A DNA stretch of 64,000 bases, taken from contig CAWGLD010000001.1 of assembly GCA_963823335.1 (NCBI GenBank), positions 512,001 to 576,000 of the forward strand. Reading direction: 5' to 3'. Shown piece after piece: positions 29,317-38,146 of this stretch; the first letter of the stretch is position 1, and the number at the start of each line of letters is the position of its first letter. The position numbers and the translations under genes are program-made. Under the pieces are notes generated by a model that was given only the letters and a program-made list of their open reading frames with translations, was not told where the DNA came from and did not search any database. Source of the DNA: an uncultured delta proteobacterium (lineage in GTDB: Bacteria; Desulfobacterota; Desulfobacteria; Desulfobacterales; B30-G6).

Positions 29317-30459
29317 TTGACCACCAAAACAATTGAAAAACAGATCCTCCCGGTCTCCAGCATGGGAAACCAACGCGCATTGACGATTATCCGTTACGGC
29401 AACGGCTCTGCCGGGAAGAAAGCCTATGTCCAGGCAGGGCTGCACGCCGACGAGGCTCCCGGGTATCTCGTCATGCACCACCTGATCAACCTGCTCGATG
29501 CGGAGGATAGCGCCGGAACCATCCCAGGGGAAATCCTGCTGGTTCCAGTGGCCAACCCCATCGGGACGGGCCAGTGGCGCGATGAAGTCCTGAGAGGTCG
29601 CTTCGATTATTTCGACAACACAAATTTTAATCGGAAGCACCTGGACATTACCGATAAAGTAGCCGAAAAAATCTCGAACACCCTGTCCGATTCACCGGAT
29701 CGAAACAAGGCCATTATCCGTCAGGCCATGGCCGACGTACTCCAGGGCTTATCACCCATCGATGAATCGGCCCGGCTCAAGCACCTGCTCCTGTCCCTTT
29801 CCTTTGATGCGGATATCGTTCTCGATCTCCATTGTGACTACCAGGCCGTTACCCATGTCTACATGGGCAGCCCTCTCTGGCCGGAGGCCTCGGACCTGTC
29901 CGCCCAGATCGGATCGGAGGCGACGCTTCTAGCCAAGGTCTCCGGCGACAACCCCTATGACGAGGCCTGCAGCAGGATCTGGTGGGAACTGGCTGAAAAA
30001 TTTTCCGCCTTCCCTATACCGTTGGCCTGCCTGGCCGCCACCGTCGAACTCAGAGGAATCTCAGACGTCTCACACGCACTTGCATCCCGTGATGCGCAAA
30101 ATATCTTTCACTTTTTACAGAGACGGGGCCTACTTTCCGGGCAGACCGCGGAACTGCCGCCCCTGCGAAACCCTGCAACACCCCTGCGGGGGGTAGCGCA
30201 TCTCAAAGCGACAGCGCCGGGTGTGGTGGTCTATTTCAAGAAACCCGGGGACAGGGTCAAAAAGGGAGATGTCGTTGCTGAAATCGTGAATCCCCTGGAA
30301 GAGGATCCGCACAGCCGGGTCACCCGCGCAAGAAGCGATATCGATGGTCTTCTCATCTCGGTCAATATCGACCGCTTTGCCAGACCTGGCCGCCTCCTGG
30401 CCAAAATTGCAGGAAAGGAGCCCTTGACGGACAAGGGGGAAAATCTGCTTACTTTGTAA
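29317..30459 (+). CDS. Succinylglutamate desuccinylase/aspartoacylase (M14-like) family protein
   Basis: LHADE, VANPIG, NFNR, LDLHCD, TVELRG. Confidence 0.9.
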   Translation: MTTKTIEKQILPVSSMGNQRALTIIRYGNGSAGKKAYVQAGLHADEAPGYLVMHHLINLLDAEDSAGTIPGEILLVPVANPIGTGQWRDEVLRGRFDYFDNTNFNRKHLDITDKVAEKISNTLSDSPDRNKAIIRQAMADVLQGLSPIDESARLKHLLLSLSFDADIVLDLHCDYQAVTHVYMGSPLWPEASDLSAQIGSEATLLAKVSGDNPYDEACSRIWWELAEKFSAFPIPLACLAATVELRGISDVSHALASRDAQNIFHFLQRRGLLSGQTAELPPLRNPATPLRGVAHLKATAPGVVVYFKKPGDRVKKGDVVAEIVNPLEEDPHSRVTRARSDIDGLLISVNIDRFARPGRLLAKIAGKEPLTDKGENLLTL

Positions 30460-30735
30460 TAGTTAGGGTTCAAGGGGCCGAGGGGGATACAAGGGTTGGA
30501 GGGTGGCTGACAGCAGCATCCCAGCGTCCCAGCATTCAAGGAGTGAAGGTGTGAAGGGTTTGAGGGAAAGAGATGTCATTTGCTTCGCGTCATTTGTGGT
30601 CATTTACTTCGTGTCATTAATCGCAGCTGTGGGCATTCAGCTATAGACAACAATAAATGACAGCCGAAGGCGAAATGACGCGCGTAGCGCAAATGTCGTC
30701 CGGCAGGACAAATGACGCACGAAGTGTAAATCACC
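30460..30735 (+). repeat. Composite element: G-rich 8-mers, partial core, inverted linker units, 4-unit mini-hairpin array
   Basis: AAATGAC AGCC-GAA-GGCG / AAATGAC GCGC-GTA-GCGC / AAATGTC GTCC-GGCA-GGAC / AAATGAC GCAC-GAA-GTGT at 30655-30727. Confidence 0.85.
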
Positions 30736-30757
30736 TAAGAACTGAATTAATTGGAAT

Positions 30758-30882
30758 TAGCCGGCGTATTTTGAAGTGAGGTTGCCGCATCCGCAAGGCG
30801 TCGGACCATGAAGCTGTAGTTTGCTACCGCGAATGGTCCGCAACACAGCGGATGCGGTGAGATCGCTTCAAAATACCGGTTA
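30758..30882. mobile_element. About 125-bp palindromic MITE/REP-like element
   Basis: Nested arms: TAGCCGGCGTATTTTGAAGTGA/TCGCTTCAAAATACCGGTTA, CCGCATCCGC/GCGGATGCGG, CGGACCAT/ATGGTCCG. Confidence 0.65.
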
Positions 30883-31359
30883 AGTGAAGATTTTACGGGC
30901 CAGGTCAATATCTTCCGGACAGAAGACGAAAAGGCATTTTGCGTCCGGAGAAGAAACGGATCCATAGACATAATTGATATTGACCCCTTCCTGGCCGAAT
31001 TTTCTGGTGATGCTGGCCAGTTCACCCGGCCGGTTCTCCAGTTCCAGGGCAATCACCGGCATGATATCGTAAACATACTGGTTTTCGGTCAGCAGATCCA
31101 TGGCCTTGTCTGTTTTGTCCACCAGGAGACGCAGCAAGGCATACTCAGCCGAATCCTTGCGCATGGAGTTGTAGCTGGCTGCAGATGCAATACGCTTCAG
31201 AGATTTACCCCTGGCCTTGAAAAGCTCCTGAACATAACTCGATGCATCCTGAATCGTCATGGCATCGATGTTGATATTTTCTTCCCCAAAGGCAGTTGCC
31301 AGTTTGCCAAGTTCACCGGGTTCGTTTTTCATGAATAGCGATATCTCTGTTCGTACCAT
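30880..31359 (-). CDS. Tandem ACT domain protein
   Basis: NEPGEL...ENINI and ENRPGEL...GVNINYVY. Confidence 0.88.
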   Translation of the reverse strand: MVRTEISLFMKNEPGELGKLATAFGEENINIDAMTIQDASSYVQELFKARGKSLKRIASAASYNSMRKDSAEYALLRLLVDKTDKAMDLLTENQYVYDIMPVIALELENRPGELASITRKFGQEGVNINYVYGSVSSPDAKCLFVFCPEDIDLARKIFT

Positions 31360-31425
31360 GGATGACTCCTTGTTTTAAGCGATAAGCGGTAAGCCATCAG
31401 CTGTAAGCAGTTTACAGTTTAATAC

Positions 31426-31671
31426 TTCAACTTTCGATTTGTACCATAAATAGAGCGAAATGGGTGATCCAATGGCGATTTGCGCTGTTTGAGGCGCTTA
31501 GGGATCCTTTCATCAGCGCATGACCATGAAAATCCAATATGAAAATTCGGCCATTTGGCAGCCATGCCTGTTTCACTTTATGGCCGGCGCTGATGTTAGG
31601 AGCCTTTGCGGCGAGTTCGCAAAGCGCCAGGGGATTATTCATTTCGTGTTCGCTGAACCCCGAAAGTTGAA
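31426..31671. mobile_element. 246-bp MITE with 11-bp perfect TIRs and 7-bp flanking direct repeat
   Basis: TTCAACTTTCG (31426-31436) ... CGAAAGTTGAA (31661-31671); TTAATAC at 31419-31425 and 31672-31678. Confidence 0.75.
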
Positions 31672-31691
31672 TTAATACCTAAAACTATGCT

Positions 31692-33212
31692 TTACGGCTT
31701 ACCGTAGAGCTCCTTGACCTTCTGCCGATCGATTTCACCCGCCGTCGTCACAGGTATCTCGCTCACAAATTCCACATACTGCGGCTTTTTGAAACGGGCG
31801 ATCCGTTCTCCCACGAAGCGGATCAAGGCCTCGGAAGTGAGATTCTGGCCGGATTTGAGCTGGCAAACCGCCTTGATGGCTTCTTTCCATCTGGGATCCG
31901 GGATACCGATCACGGCTGTTTTTTCCACTGCCGGATGCTGCAGAATCACCCTCTCGACTTCGGCTGGGTAGACATTTTCCCCGCCTGGCTTGATCAGTTC
32001 CTTCTCCGGCTTACGACCGCAATACCAGAGATATCCATCCGCGTCAAGACGACCCAGGTCCCCGGTGTGGTGCCAGCCGTTACGAAAGGTCCTTTCCGTA
32101 TCTTCCGGCAGGTTCCAGTAACCCTGAAACACCATGGGTCCCTTAACGGCAATTTCACCCACGTCTCCCTGGGGGACGGGTGTGTCGTTGTCGTTCAAGA
32201 GCTGTAACCTGACAAGTGCAACCGGTCGCCCTGCCGATCCTGGTCTGTCACTGTAGGGGCCCATGGTGACGACACACGACGTCTCTGTCTGTCCGAACAG
32301 GCTGTAAAACGTACCACCGGTCCGCCGCTGATAGGCTTCGATGACTTCAGGCGTGTCGAGACCCATGACCGCTTTTAATGATCCGATATTCTTACCGGTT
32401 GTTTCTCCGGCATCCAGGATCGAAGAGAGGATAGGTGAAAAATCAAACAGAATCGAAACCGTGAATCTTTCGATCAGATCCACGGCCTTTGGGGCATCGA
32501 ATTTACGCATGTTGATATTCTGGGCACCGGCCTGGAAGCTGTTGGTAGCCATGAACAGACCCCCCACATGAAAGAGGGGTAAGAGGTTGAGATGGACATC
32601 CCCTGAATCCAGGTTGAAACCGTGATTCAGCACCAGGTTTGCACACAGCAAATTGCCGTGGCTCAGAAGCGCTCCCCGGGGTCTGCCGGCGACCGCTGCA
32701 GTGTGGATGATGACAAAGCCGTCGGTCCCTGCCACATCCACCGGTTCAAACAGGCCATCATTCTCGCACAGGGCTTTCATGTCCTCAAAGGATCCCTTGC
32801 CGGCACCGAGCGTGTAAACAGTTTGGATGGACGGCAGCTGATCCATGATCCCGGAAATCATCTCCTGAAATTCCGGATCCACAAACAGCACCACCGGTCC
32901 GCAGTCGTCGAGATTGAAGGCCACCTCCTGGGCAGAAAGCCGCCAGTTGACGGGAAGCATCACGGCACCGAGTGCTGCAGCCGCACCATAAAGAACAAAA
33001 TATTCCAGGCTGTTCTGACCTAGCACACCGATCCGGTCGCCTTTTTTTATGCCCTTTTTCTGCAAACCCGCAGCCAGGCAATCCACTCTGTTCTTGAACT
33101 GGCTGAAGGTGACGGCCCTGTCGTCATCGGCCTCGTACCAGGCCGGGCAGCCGCCAAACACGACGGCATTCTGTGAAATCAGATCATAAAACGTGACATC
33201 ATAAAGTCCCAT
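31692..33212 (-). CDS. AMP-binding acyl-CoA synthetase
   Basis: HTAAVAGRPRG (degenerate P-loop), GQTET, GWHHTGDLG, IKPGGENVYPAEVE. Confidence 0.9.
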   Translation of the reverse strand: MGLYDVTFYDLISQNAVVFGGCPAWYEADDDRAVTFSQFKNRVDCLAAGLQKKGIKKGDRIGVLGQNSLEYFVLYGAAAALGAVMLPVNWRLSAQEVAFNLDDCGPVVLFVDPEFQEMISGIMDQLPSIQTVYTLGAGKGSFEDMKALCENDGLFEPVDVAGTDGFVIIHTAAVAGRPRGALLSHGNLLCANLVLNHGFNLDSGDVHLNLLPLFHVGGLFMATNSFQAGAQNINMRKFDAPKAVDLIERFTVSILFDFSPILSSILDAGETTGKNIGSLKAVMGLDTPEVIEAYQRRTGGTFYSLFGQTETSCVVTMGPYSDRPGSAGRPVALVRLQLLNDNDTPVPQGDVGEIAVKGPMVFQGYWNLPEDTERTFRNGWHHTGDLGRLDADGYLWYCGRKPEKELIKPGGENVYPAEVERVILQHPAVEKTAVIGIPDPRWKEAIKAVCQLKSGQNLTSEALIRFVGERIARFKKPQYVEFVSEIPVTTAGEIDRQKVKELYGKP

Positions 33213-33346
33213 TGTTGGAATTTTCTCCTTTATCGTCGGCTGGCATGTATCGCTGGCTGGATTAACAACGGCAGTATTGCGGAGTGTGCACAATTCCGGC
33301 TAAATAGCGGCGCAGCCGCGTCAGATAACATCGCGCAGCGAGGTTA

Positions 33347-33739
33347 TTATTTAACCGAAATGACGGGGCAAGACGCTTTCAGGATAATGTATTGCGCTGT
33401 GGATCCCAGCAGTAGTTTGCTGGTACGCGATTTTTTCTGGATACCCACATAAATCATGTCGACCTTGTTCTCATCGGCATAAAAGACAATGTCCTCTCCT
33501 GGCGAAAGACCGCGTGCCAGCTGGGTTACCTCGCATGCAATGCCTTCCTTTTTCAGAGTTGTCTTGATCTCCTCCAGCCGGGTGGTCATCTTGCTGATCT
33601 CTTCCGGATCTTCACCTTTGCCCCCTTCGCTGGAAGAGACGAGCAAGATCTCGGCATCGAAATACCGAGAATGCGTCTTGGCCAGATCCAGTGCGAGCTG
33701 CGACTCTTTGGTATTTTTATAGGCCACCAGTATTTTCAT
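33347..33739 (-). CDS. Universal stress protein (UspA family)
   Basis: KILVAY; LLLGSTAQYIILKASCPV. Confidence 0.92.
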   Translation of the reverse strand: MKILVAYKNTKESQLALDLAKTHSRYFDAEILLVSSSEGGKGEDPEEISKMTTRLEEIKTTLKKEGIACEVTQLARGLSPGEDIVFYADENKVDMIYVGIQKKSRTSKLLLGSTAQYIILKASCPVISVK

Positions 33740-33763
33740 CAAGATCCCCTTTTCTCCGGTTTC

Positions 33764-34585
33764 CTACATCCAGCGCTTGCGCCGCTTATAGGATTTGACG
33801 TCCTTGAATGATTTCCGTCTACCACCCTTGGTGACACCCATGTAAAATTCCTTCACGTCCGGGTTGTTTTTCAATTCTCTGGAAGGCCCTTCCAGAACGA
33901 TTTTTCCGGACTCCATGATATAGGCATAGGTCGAGATCTCCAATGCGATCTTGGCATTCTGCTCCACGATCAGCAGGGTCGTCTGCATCTCCTGGTTGAT
34001 TCGTGTGACGTTCTCGAAAATTTCCTTGACCAGCAGCGGGGCCAGTCCCAGAGACGGTTCGTCCAGCATAAGCATTTTGGGCGACGACATCAATGCCCGG
34101 GCGATGGCGATCATCTGCTGCTCGCCACCGGAACAGTAGCCTGCCAGGCGATTGGTGACTCTGGACAACCGTGGGAAATGCTTGTACATAAGCTCCTGGT
34201 CTTTGCGGATACTCTGAGAACCATCCTTGCGGGTAATGGATCCCACGCGGATATTCTCGTCCACCGTCAGATGCTTGAACACACGACGTCCTTCCGGCAC
34301 CATCACCGCCCCTAGCTTCACAACCTGCGTTCCCAGGACATTGGTGATGTCATTTCCCTCGAATTTGACGAAACCGTCCTTGATGTAGCCGTTTTCCGGC
34401 TTGAGAAGCCCGCTGATGGCCCGCAAGGTGGTAGTCTTCCCTGCCCCGTTGGTACCCAGCAAAGATACGATACTGCCTTCGGTTACGCTCAGACTGACAC
34501 CGCGCAGTACCTGGACAATGTCGTTGTAAACGACTTCGATGTTGTTGACATCTAGTAAATTTCCATTGGATGTTTGCTTAGTCAT
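33764..34585 (-). CDS. Liv-type ABC transporter ATP-binding protein (LivF-like)
   Basis: GTNGAGKT, VPEGRRVF, SGGEQQM, DEPSLGLAP. Confidence 0.93.
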   Translation of the reverse strand: MTKQTSNGNLLDVNNIEVVYNDIVQVLRGVSLSVTEGSIVSLLGTNGAGKTTTLRAISGLLKPENGYIKDGFVKFEGNDITNVLGTQVVKLGAVMVPEGRRVFKHLTVDENIRVGSITRKDGSQSIRKDQELMYKHFPRLSRVTNRLAGYCSGGEQQMIAIARALMSSPKMLMLDEPSLGLAPLLVKEIFENVTRINQEMQTTLLIVEQNAKIALEISTYAYIMESGKIVLEGPSRELKNNPDVKEFYMGVTKGGRRKSFKDVKSYKRRKRWM

Positions 34586-34599
34586 ATTTCATCTATCTG

Positions 34600-34632
34600 A
34601 AGGGGAGGGCTGCACATAGCAGCCCTCCCTTT
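34600..34632 (-). terminator. Intra-operon stem-loop after the SBP gene
   Basis: GGGAGGGCTGC-ACATA-GCAGCCCTCCC. Confidence 0.55.
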
Positions 34633-34679
34633 TATAAGAGCGGCGAAGCCGCGTTTCATAATATCGTGCAGCGATATTA

Positions 34680-35999
34680 TTATTTGATCTTCTTTACAAA
34701 CTCAGAAACGAACGGCGAACCGAGGGCGTAGAAAACACCACCATTGGATACGTAGAGCTGAAGGGTGTCCACACCCTCCCGGTCATCCTCGGAATAAGTA
34801 ACCGGTCCCACGGTGGTCAGAGGATAGTAGGCATTGTAGCCGTTCATGCCCAATATCTCCTCATGCAGGGTTTCACGGGTAATTTTTTTCCCTTTTGCCT
34901 TGACCCGGCGCATGGCTTCCACGGCCACCTGGGCCACCATGATGCCGTTGGTGTAGTTGGAATCGTTGGCCAGATTGTCATCGCGTCCATAGCGTTTGGC
35001 CAGCGCCAGCTGAGCATCCGTCCCCGGCCCCTTGGAGGTCATCAGCTTGTAGGATGTGGTCCAGTAATAGTTTTCAGCGGCTGAACCGGCCAGCGCGATC
35101 AGACCGGGTCCACCGGCATAGTGGGCCCCCAGGAAGGTTACTTTACCGGCCTCACCAAATTTCGAGGCGATCATGCCCAGGCTCTGAGCCCCTTTCAACA
35201 TGGTGGCCACTGGCGGCTGAACCGTGTGGCTGATCACATACTGTACGCCTTTGCTTTGAAAACGTGTCAGCATGGCTGTGTTATCCAGGTCTTTGCCGTG
35301 TTCCACCACTTCCACGAGTTCGATGTTCAGACCGGCGTCAATTGCTTTTTGGACGTCCTCGTAGGACGCACGTCCAAAGGCCGACGGGTGGATGAACATG
35401 GCCACTTTGGCTTTGCCACCACCTTTGTGATTGGCCACGACGTATTCCGCCAGACCGACTGCCTGACTGGAATAGGAAGCAATGGGCAGGAAGATGTAGT
35501 TGGAGTCGATCAGGTTGCCGGCATGAAACGAGGCCGGGAGAACCGGAATTTTCTCTTCTTCGAAGTCCGGCTTCAAGGCCAGGGTGCTGCCGGTGGAGTA
35601 GTTCAGATAGAACACGATACCTTCATCCAGGAAGTCCTCGAAATTTCTTTTGGTGACTTCCGTCTTATAACCGTCATCGCGGATGAAAAGCTCCACTTTG
35701 TCGGCTCCCAGAAGCTTCTCATCGTTGACATATTTGACATAGTCCTCAGCGCCCTTTGAGTATGGGTCGCCTGCATCCGATGTCGGTCCGGTAATGGCGA
35801 GGGACAGACCCATCTTGTAGGTTTGGCCGCCGGCAGGACCGGCTTCAGTTTTCAACTTTTCAATCTGGCCTTGCAATTCAGCATTTTCAGCCGTCAGTTG
35901 TGTAACCTGGGCTTCCTGTTTTGAGTCACCGCAGGCAAACAAGAAAAAGGATAAACAAATGGGAATTAATACGAGTAACCACGTTTTTGATATTTTCAT
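34680..35999 (-). CDS. Liv-type ABC substrate-binding lipoprotein with short N-terminal coiled coil
   Basis: Lipobox LFAC; AITGPTS, RDDGYK (periplasmic binding protein type 1). Confidence 0.88.
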   Translation of the reverse strand: MKISKTWLLVLIPICLSFFLFACGDSKQEAQVTQLTAENAELQGQIEKLKTEAGPAGGQTYKMGLSLAITGPTSDAGDPYSKGAEDYVKYVNDEKLLGADKVELFIRDDGYKTEVTKRNFEDFLDEGIVFYLNYSTGSTLALKPDFEEEKIPVLPASFHAGNLIDSNYIFLPIASYSSQAVGLAEYVVANHKGGGKAKVAMFIHPSAFGRASYEDVQKAIDAGLNIELVEVVEHGKDLDNTAMLTRFQSKGVQYVISHTVQPPVATMLKGAQSLGMIASKFGEAGKVTFLGAHYAGGPGLIALAGSAAENYYWTTSYKLMTSKGPGTDAQLALAKRYGRDDNLANDSNYTNGIMVAQVAVEAMRRVKAKGKKITRETLHEEILGMNGYNAYYPLTTVGPVTYSEDDREGVDTLQLYVSNGGVFYALGSPFVSEFVKKIK

Positions 36000-36154
36000 C
36001 TGAACCTCCTTACAGGGTTTGTGGAACGATTAAGCATGACATCGACTTTTTCCCAACTCATGATACACAAATATGAATTATAAAACCACGATTCTGCCGA
36101 TTGTATATGGATTCAAGCGACAAAACCGGAAAAAATAGTTCAGGATGCTGCCCG

Positions 36155-37249
36155 TCAGTACCGAAACGGCCACAACTTGAAATAGGATCTCACGATGCGC
36201 CACCAGTTAGCGATCCCCCGCGGCTCGAACATCAGGAACAGGACGATGACCAGACCGAAGGACAGCGGCCGAAACGCCGTTGCCACATCCCCTAAGGCCG
36301 TGAAGTAGTGACCCACGAATTCGGCCAGGTTTTCCACCTGCAGCTCCAGCATCAGGATGGCTGCCGGCCCAACAAACGAACCCACCAGGGTTCCCAGACC
36401 GCCCACGATGGCCATGGCCAGATAAGAAATGGAGTGGTGCAGCGTAAAGGATTCAAAGCCCACCCCCCGCCACAGATAAGCGTGCAGGGCACCGGCCACC
36501 CCGGCAAAAAAACCTGCCAGGGCAAAAGCGTAGACTTTGGTAAACCCAGGGTGCATGCCCATGGCATCTGCGGCTCGATCGTTGTCGCGCACCGCCACCA
36601 GACTTCTGCCGTAGCGGGTGCGCAGCAGGTTGCGCACCGCAAATCCCAGAATCACCACAATGACCAGGATGGCGTAGTACCAGAAAAGATAGTGTTCATC
36701 ACGGGCCACCTCGCCCGTGAACCAGAAGACCCGGCCGATGGCGATGGTCTGCCCCTGGTTGAAAAATTTCGTGAAGTTGATGAACCATTGAAATATCATC
36801 TGGAAAGAAAGGGTGGCGATCACCAGGTAGAGGTGCTTCAATCGCAGCGACGGTAAGCCCACCACGCCACCGATGAATGAACCCACGCATCCTGCCACCA
36901 AAATCATCAGAGGCCAGAAATGGGTCAGCAATATGTGGTCGCTTCCGAGTATGCGGGAAAAGGAGGCCAGTGTGTAGGCGCCTACACCCACAAAGGCGGC
37001 GTGACCGATGGAAATCAGACCGGCAAATCCGGTCAAAAGATTCAGGCCGTACACGGCCACAATAGCAATCAGAATGCTGTCGACCACCAGCATGTATTTG
37101 CTGCCCACCTCGAATATAAGCGGCCAAGCAAACAGCAGCACCAGGAAGCAGATAAAAACCAGGCGATCGATATGCGTCAGAAATATGCGCTGTTCGGTCT
37201 TGTATGAGGTAAAGAAATTACCCGTGGCTAACCATCTATTTTCAGACAT
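36155..37249 (-). CDS. Liv-type ABC permease (LivM-like)
   Basis: GLISIGHAAFVGVGAY, AVRDNDRAA, VGGLG. Confidence 0.92.
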   Translation of the reverse strand: MSENRWLATGNFFTSYKTEQRIFLTHIDRLVFICFLVLLFAWPLIFEVGSKYMLVVDSILIAIVAVYGLNLLTGFAGLISIGHAAFVGVGAYTLASFSRILGSDHILLTHFWPLMILVAGCVGSFIGGVVGLPSLRLKHLYLVIATLSFQMIFQWFINFTKFFNQGQTIAIGRVFWFTGEVARDEHYLFWYYAILVIVVILGFAVRNLLRTRYGRSLVAVRDNDRAADAMGMHPGFTKVYAFALAGFFAGVAGALHAYLWRGVGFESFTLHHSISYLAMAIVGGLGTLVGSFVGPAAILMLELQVENLAEFVGHYFTALGDVATAFRPLSFGLVIVLFLMFEPRGIANWWRIVRSYFKLWPFRY

Positions 37250-37252
37250 AAC

Positions 37253-38146
37253 TTATACCCGTTCTATTTCATGGATACCAAAAAGACCATGGGGCTTGAA
37301 CAACAGAATGACCAAAAGGATTATGTAGGGCAGCACATCCGCCGTGCCGTTCAGACCCCAATTGCCGTCCAGGTAACCAGCGGCAAACTGCTGGATCAAC
37401 CCCATAATGATGCCGGCCACAATAGCCCCGAATATGGAATCCAGCCCACCCACGATCACCACCGGAAACACGATGATGCCGAATGATTGCAGCACATCAA
37501 AATTCAATCCCGTGATATTGCCGAGAATACCGCCGGCCGCAGCCGCACTCAGGCCGGCAGCGGCCCAGGCAAGGCCGAACACCTTCGGGACCGAAATGCC
37601 GATGGACATGGAAGCGAACTGATCGTCCGACACCGCCCGCATGGAGATACCCACCGTGGATGCCTTGAAGAACCAGGTAAATGCGCCGATCATGATGAAG
37701 GTGATGACCACGCCCACCAGTTGGGTCCAGGAGATTGAGATGCCCAAGAATGCTATGGGTGTCTTGGGTAAAAATTCCGGAAACGAAAAATTTCCTGCGC
37801 CAAAAGGCGTCATGTAGATGATACCATCGATGATGGACATCAACCCGATGGTTACCATGATGACCGATATGATAGGTTCACCGATGAGTCTACGCAGAAA
37901 CACACGCTCCACACTCATGGCCAGGAAAAAGGTAATAACCATGCTCAGCAGAAAAGAAATCACGATGTGGATGCCCACAAAGACAGTGAGGGCATAGGTG
38001 ATGAAAGCCCCGGCAGCGATGATCTGCCCGTGGGCAATGTTCAGCACACGGCTCGACTTATAGATCAGCACAAACCCCAGGGCCGAAAGCGCATAGATGG
38101 ATCCCACCACCACACCGCTGATGACCAGTTGAAAAAAATAACTCAT
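37253..38146 (-). CDS. Liv-type ABC permease (LivH-like)
   Basis: GSIYAL.ALGFVLIY...LNIAHG; KPHGLFG. Confidence 0.92.
   Translation of the reverse strand: MSYFFQLVISGVVVGSIYALSALGFVLIYKSSRVLNIAHGQIIAAGAFITYALTVFVGIHIVISFLLSMVITFFLAMSVERVFLRRLIGEPIISVIMVTIGLMSIIDGIIYMTPFGAGNFSFPEFLPKTPIAFLGISISWTQLVGVVITFIMIGAFTWFFKASTVGISMRAVSDDQFASMSIGISVPKVFGLAWAAAGLSAAAAGGILGNITGLNFDVLQSFGIIVFPVVIVGGLDSIFGAIVAGIIMGLIQQFAAGYLDGNWGLNGTADVLPYIILLVILLFKPHGLFGIHEIERV

Noticed and set aside
31427-31642. 71-aa ORF, and similar short ORFs over repeats (18757-18984, 41972-42226, 48161-48501, 58344-58677)
   Set aside because: They lie within or across MITE/repeat sequence and lack an RBS or protein motifs.
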